Of a stretch of 64,000 nucleotides of DNA, positions 30,428 to 40,612 are shown piece by piece. Location of the stretch: assembly GCA_965203805.1 (NCBI GenBank), contig OZ241917.1, positions 2,272,001-2,336,000 of the forward strand, read 5' to 3'. How positions within the stretch are numbered: position 1 is the first letter of the stretch; every line of letters begins with the position of its first letter. A program made the translations under genes and the position numbers. This DNA is from Candidatus Latescibacterota bacterium (GTDB lineage Bacteria; Latescibacterota; UBA2968; GCA-2709665). The notes under the pieces were generated by a model, which was given only the letters and a program-made list of their open reading frames with translations, did not search any database and was not told the DNA's origin.

Positions 30428-32893
30428 ATGGGATACGTTCTGGCTTTCGCGATGGCATTTGTCCTGGGTGCGGCAGGCGATACCCTTGCCGGGTCGACCC
30501 ACGCCACCCGGACGCCGATTGAAGCCCTTTACAGCGAGGGCATGCGGCTCCTCAAGGCAGGGGAGCCGGAAGCCGCGCTGATGAAATTCACGGAAGCGCT
30601 CGCTGTCGACAAGAAGCATGCGCCCTCGCTGGTGGGCATGGGTCACGTGTATCTGGAACTCCGTGAACTGGATAAGGCGGAAGACGCGTTTATGGACGCC
30701 AGGCGCAGGCAGCGGAAATTCGCGCCCGCCCACAACGGGTTGGGGCTGGTGTATATGCGGAAGGAAAAGGGATTGATGTGGGCAATCAGATACTTTCAGG
30801 ATGCAATTTCCGTGGATCGGACCTACGCAGAGGCCTACTACAATCTGGCGCGTACCTATCGGCAGATCGAAGACACCAAGGAGCTGACGACTTACCGGCG
30901 GCTCTCCAGGATCGTCCCGAACCACGCGGACGTATGGTTCCAGATCGGACGCATTCTCAAAAACGGGGAATCCGGAGAGTACGTCCAGCCGGAGAAGGCG
31001 GACGCCGCCTTCCGCAGACAGCTGGAGGTGAATCCGGACCACCCGCAATCGAGGCTGAGTCTGGGAGAGGTATTGACGGAACAGGAAAGAGCCGACGAGG
31101 CCGTCCCTATTCTGATGCCCCTTGTGGAATCGCCGAATCCCCATCAGCGGCACTCGCTCGTGGCGCTCGCCGAAGCCTATCTCAAGCAGCGTGAATACGA
31201 CCGTGCCGACGTCCTGTTCGACCGGTATCTCGAAGGCCTGGCGGCAGACACCCAGGCCGTGTATTACGACTTGCGCAACGTGGCGGAAGAACGGGAGCGG
31301 GAGCCTTTCGTAGCCGCGCCCCCTGCGGAGTGGAAAGCACTGGCCGAGACGTACTGGGCGGGAAGAGACCCGGCCCCCGTGACGGCCGCGAACGAGAGAA
31401 AATTGGAACACTACCGCCGTGTGGCCTATTCGCTGGAACATTTCGGCGCGGACCGGTTCCCGTGGGACGTGCGCGGCGACGTGTACGTGAGGTACGGCCG
31501 TCCCGCCCATGTGAGCAGTTCCGAAAATGTCCGGTTCGAGACGGACGCGAAGGCGATCCGGATCAAGGAACGGATCGCGCTCCAGGCCGGCGATGCGCTA
31601 TCCCACATGCTCAGGGTGCGAAACAGCGAAACGACGTCCCACGGCGGCAGGGACGGTGACCTGGGCGAGGCCAGTGTTCTGGGCCCCGTCAGCGAGAGTT
31701 TGCGCGAATCGGAGGAAGCGGGCGTCACCAGGACCGCGACCGGCGGCTACAGGGCGGTCCCGTTGAGCGACGGATCCGGAGACCTCTCCGGCAAGCTGCG
31801 GATGACGTCGAGCATTCTGGGCTGGCCCGTTTATCCGGTTTACGGAAAAGTCTGGGAATACTGGATTTATACGGATGTGGGTCCGGGGATAGAAATTACA
31901 TTCACCCGCACGCTGGGAAAGACGTCCTTCAAATTCGCGGATATGCCGAGCGGGAAGGGCGGGCACTCCCGCCATCTTTATACCTGGCAGCGTATGAATC
32001 CGAAATTGCAGCTCGACCATGTGGGTCGCCGCGTGCCCGCACGCTACCGGCCCTCGTTCGCTACGGGGCCGCTTGCGTATTTCTTCGACTCCGCGGGCTT
32101 CAAGGGGGCGCAGGACGCGTCAAATCTCGAGGTATATTACGGGATTCCGGTTTGGGAGCTGTCCTTCTCGCCGGACCCAGGCAGTAAACCGGTGGCCAGA
32201 CTGAAAAAGGGCGTGGCGCTTTACAACGATGCGAACGAGCGTGTGCTTCGGACAGACGGGGAGTTCGAACTGTTCTCGGAGACAGTGGCGGATACGGCCC
32301 GGAAAGCGTACGTGCCGGAAATGTTCCGGGTTGAGGCGCCGCCCGGCAGATATCGGATGTCCGTCCAGGTCCTTGAAATCGACACGGGCAGATCGCAGGT
32401 CTACGAGCAGCGGGTCGTGCTGCCGGCGTATCCACGCGGATATTTGAGGCTGAGCGGCATTCAGCTGGCCGCGTCTATCCAACCCGCGGAGGGGGATCGA
32501 TTCCGCAAGGGAGACATCCAGGTCGTCCCCAATCCCACGCGGACGTACGAACGCGGGCAGTCGGTGTTTATATACTATGAAGTCTACAATCTGAAGCGTG
32601 ACGAGTTCGGAACCACACGGTACCGGGTATCTTACGAAATGCGGTCGGCGCTCAGCGAATCGATTGGCGCTCGAATTCTGGGTGGCATCGGAAAGTTGAT
32701 GAACGTCCGACAGAATACCCGCGCGTCGATTTCGATCGAATACGCCCATATTGGCAGTCGCGAAGACGACCAGGGATACGTGGAGCTGGACATGGCCGCT
32801 TCCGACCCGGGAGAAAAGGTCCTGACGGTGACTGTATCGGACCAGGTGTCCGGGCAGACGACGGCGGGAACCACAAGATTGACCATCAGGTAG
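30428..32893 (+). CDS. Secreted TPR + GWxTD-domain protein (paralog of 7437..9845)
   Basis: Signal peptide, TPRs, YWAGRDP...EHYRRVAYS...WDVRGDVYVRYGRP, LRLSGIQLA, VFIYYEVYNL. Confidence 0.85.
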   Translation: MGYVLAFAMAFVLGAAGDTLAGSTHATRTPIEALYSEGMRLLKAGEPEAALMKFTEALAVDKKHAPSLVGMGHVYLELRELDKAEDAFMDARRRQRKFAPAHNGLGLVYMRKEKGLMWAIRYFQDAISVDRTYAEAYYNLARTYRQIEDTKELTTYRRLSRIVPNHADVWFQIGRILKNGESGEYVQPEKADAAFRRQLEVNPDHPQSRLSLGEVLTEQERADEAVPILMPLVESPNPHQRHSLVALAEAYLKQREYDRADVLFDRYLEGLAADTQAVYYDLRNVAEEREREPFVAAPPAEWKALAETYWAGRDPAPVTAANERKLEHYRRVAYSLEHFGADRFPWDVRGDVYVRYGRPAHVSSSENVRFETDAKAIRIKERIALQAGDALSHMLRVRNSETTSHGGRDGDLGEASVLGPVSESLRESEEAGVTRTATGGYRAVPLSDGSGDLSGKLRMTSSILGWPVYPVYGKVWEYWIYTDVGPGIEITFTRTLGKTSFKFADMPSGKGGHSRHLYTWQRMNPKLQLDHVGRRVPARYRPSFATGPLAYFFDSAGFKGAQDASNLEVYYGIPVWELSFSPDPGSKPVARLKKGVALYNDANERVLRTDGEFELFSETVADTARKAYVPEMFRVEAPPGRYRMSVQVLEIDTGRSQVYEQRVVLPAYPRGYLRLSGIQLAASIQPAEGDRFRKGDIQVVPNPTRTYERGQSVFIYYEVYNLKRDEFGTTRYRVSYEMRSALSESIGARILGGIGKLMNVRQNTRASISIEYAHIGSREDDQGYVELDMAASDPGEKVLTVTVSDQVSGQTTAGTTRLTIR

Positions 32894-32974
32894 AATCGTC
32901 AGCCCAGGGTCGCGCCAGACACAGAGGTGCGCCGAGGGCAAGATGCCCTCGCTCCCGGGGTAGCGGGATGACTT

Positions 32975-35260
32975 ATGAAGAGAAACCCTTCGATCTGGCT
33001 CGCCCTTGCACTTGTCACGGGTGCATGTGCCGGGGAAAGGGCCGAGGTTACGCTTTCCGGCGCCGTGGCTCGCCCCGGGAAGTACGCGCACCGGACCGAA
33101 TGGGCCGTGGCCGATTACGTAGAGGACGCCGGCGGATATACGCGGGAAGCCGTCGTGAACGAAGGAAAGTTGATCCGGGTACTGCGGGACAGCGTGACGA
33201 ACGAGGAGACAAAGCGGTCATGGTGGCCTCTGGTATCGTCGCCCCCCGTGGCCGCCGGGGACTTGATTCTTGTCCCGTTTCGGACCTACGCGGTGCGGAT
33301 GGACAGCGTGCGGCCCATTGAAGACCTGGCCATTCAGTGGCAGGAGAGGGAATACCGGGTTCCGAGAGGCTGGATGGCCGAAGGACGGACCAGCGCGGGC
33401 GTGATGGTTGTCTCCGTGATCGGCGTCGGGACGGTTGTTGGAAGCCGGGACGGCGAAGCCATGGGAAGGTTTCAGTACCTCTATCTGCATTTGCATCCCG
33501 ACGTGTATCACAAACTTGACCTGCCCGGCGAAAACCCGGTGAGAAACCGGCTGGTCCTGGAGGATGCCCTGGGCGTCCACCAGAGTATCTTCCCCGGACT
33601 TCGTCACCGCTCCGGCGAACGGGCCGAGATGCCGCCGGAGGGCCACCTGCGGGTACTGGCGGGCGTTTGGCCCAAGCCCCGAAGCAAGGCGTCGCCCGGT
33701 TCCGGCATGCGGAAACGGAAATACAAGGACGGACGTGAGTGGACGACGTTTCCCGACGGCAGGCAGCGAACGGTGTTCCCGGACGGACGCGTAGAAGTGG
33801 AATTTTCCGACGGGTCGCGTAAAATCCACCATGCCGACGGCCGTGTCGAGTCAACGGATGCGGGTGGAAACGCGCGGGTCACGCATCCCGATGGCAGGAT
33901 TTCCGCGGCGTTCGCCGACGGCAACCGGGAAGAACGGCTGATCGACGGACGTATCGTGCAACACTTCAAGACCGGAACGCGGCGAACGATCTTTCGGGAC
34001 GGCAAGGAGAAGACGCGATTTGCGGACGGCACCGTGCACGTCAAATACAGTGACGGAACCGTGGAGATGTCCTTCCCCGAGGGCGCGAGCGAAACGCGGC
34101 ATGCCGACGGCCGAATCACAGCGGTCACCCGCGACGGGCACCGGGTGACGGTATTTCCGAACGGCCGGCGGCTGACCCGGGCCGCGAACGGGACGGTACT
34201 TGAGGAATTCGCGGACGGGAGGCGCGTTCAGTCGGGCCCGGGCGGCGAGCGGGTGGAAGTGTTTATAGACGGGACCCGGCGAACGGCCATGAAAGACGGT
34301 GCTGCGGTCATCGAGAAGCCCGACGGCAGCCGCATCGAGCGCCATGCCGACGGGACGATCATAGAGATATATCCGGATGGGCGAAAGGTGCAAACCGACG
34401 TCGACGGAATCAGGTTGGAGACCCGTCCCGATGGAACGGAGATACAGACCGATACGGGAGGGAACCGGCTGGAGACATTTCCGGACGGACGGCGGACACA
34501 GACGGACGCCGAAGGCAATCGCGTTGAGGAATTTCCGGACGGGACACAGATCAAGACCTTCGCCGATGCCTACAGGTACTGGGGACCGTTAACGGACGAT
34601 CTGGTGGCGGTCGACGAAACACCCGGGCAGTTGGCGCCCGGAGGTCGTTTGCGCGTGTCCGGCGCCGTACACTCCGATACGCAGGACCTGATGGCGGCGG
34701 TCTTCCGGCTGCCCGACGGAAGCGTGTTCGAAGTTCCGGCCGAGCAGGAAAAGGGGCGTTTCGCTTGCGTGTTTCCCGAAAGCGTCTTCACGACGCCCGG
34801 GCATTACCGGTTACAGGTTCGGGCGCAACGTACCGGCGGGTCCGTGGTGACGGCCGACCGGGCGCTGGTCGTCGGGAATCCGCCGCCGCTCGAGAAGATG
34901 GTGCTTGCGGTCATGCCATTTCGGGGCGCTGACGATGCTCGGGAACGGTTCGAAAAAATGGTTCACGGTGTGCGCAGCCGCCTCGGATTGCCGGAGCTGG
35001 ATACCCACGCCCGGCTGGTCGAAATCGCCGGCGCGAAAATATGGGACGTCATGGCCAGCGACGCCTTCACGTCCGAGCCCGTCCACGCAGGCGAGGAGAG
35101 TTTCGCCCGAGGTCCGTCCGTTGAAGAGGTCTTTACGTTCCTGATGCTGAGCGGGGCTCACAGAAAGGGCATTCTGAATGAGGAATGGACGCGCTGGGGC
35201 GTGGCTGTACAGCAGGATGGAGATGACATCCTTGTGGTGATGGCTTTCGATACCGGGTAG
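32975..35260 (+). CDS. Lipoprotein with TCP10-C/CPAP G-box-like 9-residue repeats and C-terminal CAP(SCP)-like domain
   Basis: Lipobox-like LVTGAC; about 30 x (xxxxF/H-P/A-DG) repeats; SGAHRKGILNEEWTRWGVAV resembles the CAP SxGHRxNIL motif. Confidence 0.7.
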   Translation: MKRNPSIWLALALVTGACAGERAEVTLSGAVARPGKYAHRTEWAVADYVEDAGGYTREAVVNEGKLIRVLRDSVTNEETKRSWWPLVSSPPVAAGDLILVPFRTYAVRMDSVRPIEDLAIQWQEREYRVPRGWMAEGRTSAGVMVVSVIGVGTVVGSRDGEAMGRFQYLYLHLHPDVYHKLDLPGENPVRNRLVLEDALGVHQSIFPGLRHRSGERAEMPPEGHLRVLAGVWPKPRSKASPGSGMRKRKYKDGREWTTFPDGRQRTVFPDGRVEVEFSDGSRKIHHADGRVESTDAGGNARVTHPDGRISAAFADGNREERLIDGRIVQHFKTGTRRTIFRDGKEKTRFADGTVHVKYSDGTVEMSFPEGASETRHADGRITAVTRDGHRVTVFPNGRRLTRAANGTVLEEFADGRRVQSGPGGERVEVFIDGTRRTAMKDGAAVIEKPDGSRIERHADGTIIEIYPDGRKVQTDVDGIRLETRPDGTEIQTDTGGNRLETFPDGRRTQTDAEGNRVEEFPDGTQIKTFADAYRYWGPLTDDLVAVDETPGQLAPGGRLRVSGAVHSDTQDLMAAVFRLPDGSVFEVPAEQEKGRFACVFPESVFTTPGHYRLQVRAQRTGGSVVTADRALVVGNPPPLEKMVLAVMPFRGADDARERFEKMVHGVRSRLGLPELDTHARLVEIAGAKIWDVMASDAFTSEPVHAGEESFARGPSVEEVFTFLMLSGAHRKGILNEEWTRWGVAVQQDGDDILVVMAFDTG

Positions 35261-35284
35261 GCCGCGGGAAACGCGGGTAGGGGC

Positions 35285-35322
35285 ACGGCAAAGGCCGCCG
35301 TAAATCCGGCGGCCTTTGCCGT
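35285..35322. terminator. Strong hairpin between convergent genes (probable bidirectional terminator)
   Basis: ACGGCAAAGGCCGCCG-taaatc-CGGCGGCCTTTGCCGT, perfect 16-bp stem. Confidence 0.75.
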
Positions 35323-35365
35323 TCGAGTCAACCACTACCCCGGTCGCACGACAGGCGCGGACCTG

Positions 35366-36448
35366 CTATTTGCGCCCGTATTGCAGAATGAAATCTTCCA
35401 CCATCTCCCGGGCCTCGTCGTCGCTGAACTGCTCGGGCGGGGTCTTCATAAAGTAGGAGGAAGGACCCATCAGCGGTCCCTTAAGGCCGTGTTCCAGGCC
35501 AAGTTTGCAGCAACGTACCGCGTCGATCACCACCCCCGCGGAATTGGGGGAATCCCAGACTTCGAGTTTCAGTTCAAGGTTGAGCGGAACGCCGCCGAAG
35601 GTTTCGCCTTCCATCCGGATGTGGCACCATTTCCTGTCTTCCAGCCACGGCACATGATCGCTGGGGCCGACGTGTACATTCGCTTCGCCCAGGTCGTAAT
35701 CAAGTTGGGACGTAACGGCGTTGGTCTTGCTGATCTTTTTGGATTCCAGCCTCGATCGTTCCAGCATGTTGTAGAAGTCGGTGTTCCCGCCAAAGTTCAA
35801 CTGGTAGGTGCGGGTCAGTTTTACGCCTCGTTCGCGGAAGAGCCGGGTGAGAACCCGGTGGGCGATGGTTGCCCCGACCTGCGATTTGATATCGTCTCCA
35901 ATGATGGGCAGGCCGCGTTTTTCGAAGCGCTCGGGCCAGTGCCCCGCGCTCGCAATAAACACGGGCACACAGTTGACAAAACCGCATCCGGCTTGAAGAA
36001 CCTGCTCGACGTACCACTTCGTGGCCTCTTCGCTGCCTACCGGCAGATAGTTGACAACGACATCGGTTCCGGTGGCTTTGAGGACCTCTGCCACGTCCAC
36101 GGTGCTCCCGTCGGCCTTATCGATGACTTCGCTGAGATACCGGCCGAGACCGTCGTGGGTCATGCCGCGCTGAACGGGCACGTCCAGATGAGGCACATCA
36201 GAGAATCTGACTGTATTATTGGGCTCGGTGAAGATCGCCTCGCTGAGGTCCTTCCCCACCTTGTTCCTGTCGATGTCGAACGCGGCGGAGAATTCGACGT
36301 CGCTGATGTGATAGCCGCCCAATTCGGGATGCATCAACCCGGGAATGAAGCTGTCTTCGGATGCATCTTTGTAATACCGGACACCCTGAACGAGAGAAGA
36401 TGCGCAGTTGCCGACGCCGACGATGGCAACACGGACTTTTCTTGCCAT
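35366..36448 (-). CDS. ino1: myo-inositol-1-phosphate synthase
   Basis: [51 protein letters not shown]. Confidence 0.96.
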   Translation of the reverse strand: MARKVRVAIVGVGNCASSLVQGVRYYKDASEDSFIPGLMHPELGGYHISDVEFSAAFDIDRNKVGKDLSEAIFTEPNNTVRFSDVPHLDVPVQRGMTHDGLGRYLSEVIDKADGSTVDVAEVLKATGTDVVVNYLPVGSEEATKWYVEQVLQAGCGFVNCVPVFIASAGHWPERFEKRGLPIIGDDIKSQVGATIAHRVLTRLFRERGVKLTRTYQLNFGGNTDFYNMLERSRLESKKISKTNAVTSQLDYDLGEANVHVGPSDHVPWLEDRKWCHIRMEGETFGGVPLNLELKLEVWDSPNSAGVVIDAVRCCKLGLEHGLKGPLMGPSSYFMKTPPEQFSDDEAREMVEDFILQYGRK

Positions 36449-36548
36449 TGGGAAACTCCTTTAAAGGGTAACGTCCCGCTGATATTGAAATAAACCGGCT
36501 GAAAAGATAGGCACTTTTATGTATTTGACAAATGAATAATTGCTATAT

Positions 36549-36573
36549 TATTTATAGAAGTTTTCTATAAATA
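36549..36573. promoter_or_regulatory. LysR-type operator palindrome (T-N11-A)
   Basis: TATTTATAGAA-gtt-TTCTATAAATA, perfect 11-bp arms with ATAG-N7-CTAT core, in an AT-rich tract between divergent ino1 and lysR. Confidence 0.75.
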
Positions 36574-36587
36574 TGACATGCTAAGGG

Positions 36588-36802
36588 CGGTGAGACGCAA
36601 GACGGGAGACGGGAGATTAAGTGAGTGCCCTAAAAGCGGGGAGACGTTAGAGGTAAGACGGGAGAGATTGTCCGCCGCGTCCGGTTTCACTTTTCGCCGC
36701 AGGCAAAAAGGAAAAACCAAACGGGCAAAGATGTCATCTACCGTCTAACGTCTACCCTCTCACCGCTTTCAGGCTTTCATTCTACCGTCTACCGTCTCAC
36801 CG
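36588..36802. repeat. Long imperfect inverted repeat built of CGG(T/G)AGA heptamers
   Basis: Left arm 36588-36666 (cggtgaga cgcaaga cgggaga cgggaga...cgttaga ggtaaga cgggaga) mirrors right arm 36736-36802 (tctaccg tctaacg tctaccc tctcaccg...tctaccg tctaccg tctcaccg). Confidence 0.75.
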
Positions 36803-36837
36803 GTCTTGTTGCCTGGCTGTCCCAACAGGAGGCGTTT

Positions 36838-37800
36838 ATGAACCTGCAACACCTGAAGTATTTCCTTGCGGTTGCCCGCGAGGGCAGTTTCAGCAGGGCC
36901 GCGCGGGAACTGCACGTGACGCAGCCTACCGTCAGCAGCGGCGTGGCCGACCTGGAGCGGGCGCTTGGCGTGCGACTGTTCAACCGGGGCAACCGGCATG
37001 TCGGCTTGACGATGGAGGGAAGGACGCTTTCGAACTACGGAATGCAGATTCAGGATCTGGTGGAATCGACCGAAGACCGGATCCGGCGACGGGACGTACT
37101 TCCGGGTGAAGGATTTCAGTTCGGGGCGATCGACGCCGCCGTTACCTATCTGCTACCTGACATCCTGAAAGCGTACATGCGGGACTTTTCGAACGTAGCG
37201 CTCTCTGTCCAGGTCGCCCCCTCCCGGTACCTCGTGGACGATCTGTTGCTCAACCGATCCGAATTCGCGGTGATTTCGTTGCCGTTCGCCCATCCGAAAC
37301 TGGAAACGGTATCCATACATCGAGACTCCATGCCCCTGGTGGCAGGGGCCTCGCACAGGTTTTCGCTACGTTCGCCCGTGTCGCTGAAAGAGGTTGCGAA
37401 GGAGCCGTTGATTCTGTTTCACGCCGATTCTGTATCCAGAAAAATCGTAGACGAGCGATTTGCGGAGGCGGGCGTGTCACCGGGGGTGGTTATGGAAATG
37501 CGCAGCCCTGAAGCCATGCGGAAACTGGTTGAGGCGGGCGTCGGGATATCATTCTTGCCGCATCTCACGGTGCGGGATTCGGTGGACTCGGGGGCATTGG
37601 TGACCGTACCGGTGAAGGGCGTGCGATTCGGCCGCGAGATTGGCGTGGCCTGGCGGCAGGGGCGGTATTTCGGACCCGCGATCCGGCGCCTCCTGGACGC
37701 CATTTTCGAACGCTTCGGAGTGACAGCGGACGGGATGCGTGAAGACGCGCCGGAGGTTCAGGATTTCTCCCTCGTCACGTCTGTCGACATCAGCGCCTGA
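36838..37800 (+). CDS. LysR-family transcriptional regulator
   Basis: LKYFLAVAREGSFSRAARELHVTQPTVS HTH; substrate-binding domain; AGGAGG RBS. Confidence 0.95.
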   Translation: MNLQHLKYFLAVAREGSFSRAARELHVTQPTVSSGVADLERALGVRLFNRGNRHVGLTMEGRTLSNYGMQIQDLVESTEDRIRRRDVLPGEGFQFGAIDAAVTYLLPDILKAYMRDFSNVALSVQVAPSRYLVDDLLLNRSEFAVISLPFAHPKLETVSIHRDSMPLVAGASHRFSLRSPVSLKEVAKEPLILFHADSVSRKIVDERFAEAGVSPGVVMEMRSPEAMRKLVEAGVGISFLPHLTVRDSVDSGALVTVPVKGVRFGREIGVAWRQGRYFGPAIRRLLDAIFERFGVTADGMREDAPEVQDFSLVTSVDISA

Positions 37801-38930
37801 TCGATCAGCGGGGGCAGGCCCAGTTTCGGTTCGATTTCATGCACCACGTTCAGATCGGCGCGTGTCTCCGGGTGTTTGGGCACGAAGACCGTACAACAAT
37901 CTTCATAGGGCTCGATTGAAATGTCGTAGGTGCCGATACGCCGGGCAAGATCGATGATTTCTTCTTTGTTGTCGCCGGAGAGCGGGCGCAGCACGGGAAG
38001 CGCCGTCACTTCCTCGATGGCGCGCATGTTTGACAGGGTCTGAGAGGCGACCTGACCGACGCTCTCGCCCGTAACGAGGGCCTGCGCGCCTTCCCGCTCG
38101 GCGATGGCTTCGGCGATGCGCAGCATGGCTCTGCGATAGAGGATCACGCGGTACCCGGGCGGCGCGTGGGTCATCACGCGCCGCTGGATCTCTACGAACG
38201 GTACCAGATACAGCGTGGATCGGTACTGATACCTCGTCAGCACGCGGACGAGCTCCTCGGTATTGCGCTGCGAGCTTCGGTTGGTATACGGCTGGCTGTG
38301 AAAGTGTACGAACGAAAGCCGAACGCCGCGCTTCATAGTCTTGTATGAAGCGACCGGCGAGTCGATTCCGGAAGACAGCAGGCTGACGGCCCGCTCGTTC
38401 GCGCCTACGGGAAGCCCTCCGGGGCCGGGCATTTTCCCGGTGTAGATAAACGCGCCCTGGTAAGATACTTCGATGTGACAGGTCAGGTCAGGGTCATTCA
38501 GCTTCACCTGCGCCCGCGAGAGGGACTGAACGTGGGCGCCGACGTCGCGGTTGATCTGCTCGGACGTAAGCGGAAAGCTCTTGTCGCCGCGACGGGCCGC
38601 GATCTTGAACGACCCGAAGTCCTTGCGCCTGACAACGTCCCACGTCCCTGCCCGTATGTGTTCGATGGCGGTGGGAACGCAAATGGCTTCGGAATAGTTC
38701 GCGATCCCGAACACATCGGCCAGACGCTCCCGGATGGCCCCGGTCTCCGCGTCCGGCGCGAGTTCCAGGACAATGCGACCCGAAAGACGGCGGACAGCTC
38801 CGCGCGGCAGACCTTTCAACGCTCGTGCGATATTGGTGACCAGTTGCTGTTCGAACCGGCCGCGGTTCCGGCCCTTCAGACCGATTTCGTGGTAATGGAT
38901 GAGGACAACGCGTTCGGACACGGCGTCCAT
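37758..38930 (-). CDS. thiI: tRNA 4-thiouridine synthase ThiI (THUMP + PP-loop, no rhodanese domain)
   Basis: YHEIGLKGRNR, PGGLPVG, LLSSGIDSPVA, TGESVGQVASQT, EDCC. Confidence 0.95.
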   Translation of the reverse strand: MDAVSERVVLIHYHEIGLKGRNRGRFEQQLVTNIARALKGLPRGAVRRLSGRIVLELAPDAETGAIRERLADVFGIANYSEAICVPTAIEHIRAGTWDVVRRKDFGSFKIAARRGDKSFPLTSEQINRDVGAHVQSLSRAQVKLNDPDLTCHIEVSYQGAFIYTGKMPGPGGLPVGANERAVSLLSSGIDSPVASYKTMKRGVRLSFVHFHSQPYTNRSSQRNTEELVRVLTRYQYRSTLYLVPFVEIQRRVMTHAPPGYRVILYRRAMLRIAEAIAEREGAQALVTGESVGQVASQTLSNMRAIEEVTALPVLRPLSGDNKEEIIDLARRIGTYDISIEPYEDCCTVFVPKHPETRADLNVVHEIEPKLGLPPLIDQALMSTDVTREKS

Positions 38931-39024
38931 GGCGTCTTTCCGGTGAGTCGTTCGCGGCGAAACGGGCCGCATGATCCGGCCTGAGGCACGGCGGTGCGGG
39001 TCCGGTTCGGCCTTCGGCCGGCCC

Positions 39025-40134
39025 CTACATCTCGCGAAGAATCTGGTAGAGATTGTGCAGAAAAACGCGGTTGTCGCCGTCGACGTATACCATCTCGCCC
39101 CCCATTCGGCGGAAGGACTTGCAGAATCTGAGATAGTACGCCGGGTTTTCTTTCGGCGGTTCGCCCCTCGACCAGTCCCAGGTCACAGGTGACAGATCGT
39201 TGACAACGATGAACGGGTGTACAACGCGCCTGTGTTTCTGAATTCGAAGGTTGTTGGCCAGCGAAAGGGCTTTTTCGAAGACCTGCGGCGCCATGACGGC
39301 CGAGCCAACCGAGACAAACACGCCTCCGTCCAGATCGACGACACCCCGGGTGAACACCCGAAAGTCGATATCCGCGCCTCGCCCGATGGCCGCGCCGTTG
39401 GCGAGGTGGTGGTTGTGGATGATGTCATAACCGATGCCCGGATGAACGGTAAGCGGTACGCCCTGGCGGTAAGCACGCGCGGTGAGGGACGACTCCCTGA
39501 ACGGATGTTCGACACCGCAGCGGCCGGACGGGATGTCAAATCGCAATACGGCCTGGACCAGTTCTGCAAACGCCGGCATGGAGGGAGAATCCGCCGGTTC
39601 CCGGGTCCAATGGCGCAGCGCGGAGACCAGTTCGCTTCGGTCGGGGATGTCACAGCCGTTTTCGGAAATGAATTTTCCGAGGGATTCCCCGTAGCCCATA
39701 CCCTTCAGCGCGCCGGTTAGAACGGCCAGATGAATGTAGCGGCCGGTTTCCTCCCATGTGCCGAAACACCCCTCTGCGACGTTTGTCCGAACGTCTTCTT
39801 CCGATCGCCCGTGGAAGGCGTATTCCCAGTCGTGAATCGTGCCGGCGCCGTTGGTGGCCAGGTGGGTGATCCAGCCCGCCTCGATCATGCGGGTCACCAC
39901 CGGCCCCAGGCCGTTCTTGACCAAATGCGCGCCGTATGCCAGCATCACGGACGCGCCCCGTCGCCTGGCGAGGTGTATTTCCTCGGCAACGCGCACGACC
40001 CTGTCCGTCAGCGACCCGGCGTCGGGAGCGGGCGCGTCGGGGTCGACCATGATTTCGTCGATCGAGTACTTGCTGCCTCTCTCCGCCAGGGGTCTGAGGA
40101 CGACGTCGCGATGGTCGATCTGCGGGTAGGGCAT
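39025..40134 (-). CDS. Conserved hypothetical protein, deoxyhypusine-synthase-like fold suspected
   Basis: GAHLVKNGL, ATNGAGTIHDWE, HPGIGYDI, VGSAVMAPQVFEKA resemble DHS-like NAD-binding proteins. Confidence 0.6.
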   Translation of the reverse strand: MPYPQIDHRDVVLRPLAERGSKYSIDEIMVDPDAPAPDAGSLTDRVVRVAEEIHLARRRGASVMLAYGAHLVKNGLGPVVTRMIEAGWITHLATNGAGTIHDWEYAFHGRSEEDVRTNVAEGCFGTWEETGRYIHLAVLTGALKGMGYGESLGKFISENGCDIPDRSELVSALRHWTREPADSPSMPAFAELVQAVLRFDIPSGRCGVEHPFRESSLTARAYRQGVPLTVHPGIGYDIIHNHHLANGAAIGRGADIDFRVFTRGVVDLDGGVFVSVGSAVMAPQVFEKALSLANNLRIQKHRRVVHPFIVVNDLSPVTWDWSRGEPPKENPAYYLRFCKSFRRMGGEMVYVDGDNRVFLHNLYQILREM

Positions 40135-40147
40135 AAAGCCGGCTTCC

Positions 40148-40573
40148 CTATTCGGCCACCCAGACCCGCTTGAGCGGGACGTCGGGGGATTCCAAGACGC
40201 CGCCGTAGATCGTCACGGCGGTAATTTTTCCGTTCTGCATCCGGCACATATGCACTTCGGTGGCGTCCAGATGTTTACCGTGCATCGCTTCGGGCAGCCC
40301 GGGAAGGGGCTGGTTTACGATACCCCTGAAGTGAAACTCCACGGCGGCCATGTCGTGGTCTGCGACGACATTGAGAATATTGAGCCGCATGTCCCGTTCT
40401 TCCTCGTGACAGTCCTGCCAGAGCGCCACCAGGTTATCCGCACCCCGAATGTTGAGTGCGCCGCCGACCATGGTCGCGTCGTCGGCGTAGGTTTCGCGAA
40501 GTCGCTTCCAGTCACAGGCAAAGGCGGCTTCGAGGGACTCCCGGGCAGTTCGTGCGTTGATCTCGGCGGACAT
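40148..40573 (-). CDS. NTF2-like / SnoaL ester-cyclase family protein
   Basis: YADDATM..IRGADNL, VVADHDMAAVEF, CRMQNGKITAV pattern. Confidence 0.8.
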   Translation of the reverse strand: MSAEINARTARESLEAAFACDWKRLRETYADDATMVGGALNIRGADNLVALWQDCHEEERDMRLNILNVVADHDMAAVEFHFRGIVNQPLPGLPEAMHGKHLDATEVHMCRMQNGKITAVTIYGGVLESPDVPLKRVWVAE

Positions 40574-40612
40574 TGGCGTCTCCCTTCGTTATTTCAGATC
40601 GTGGTCGTCTCT

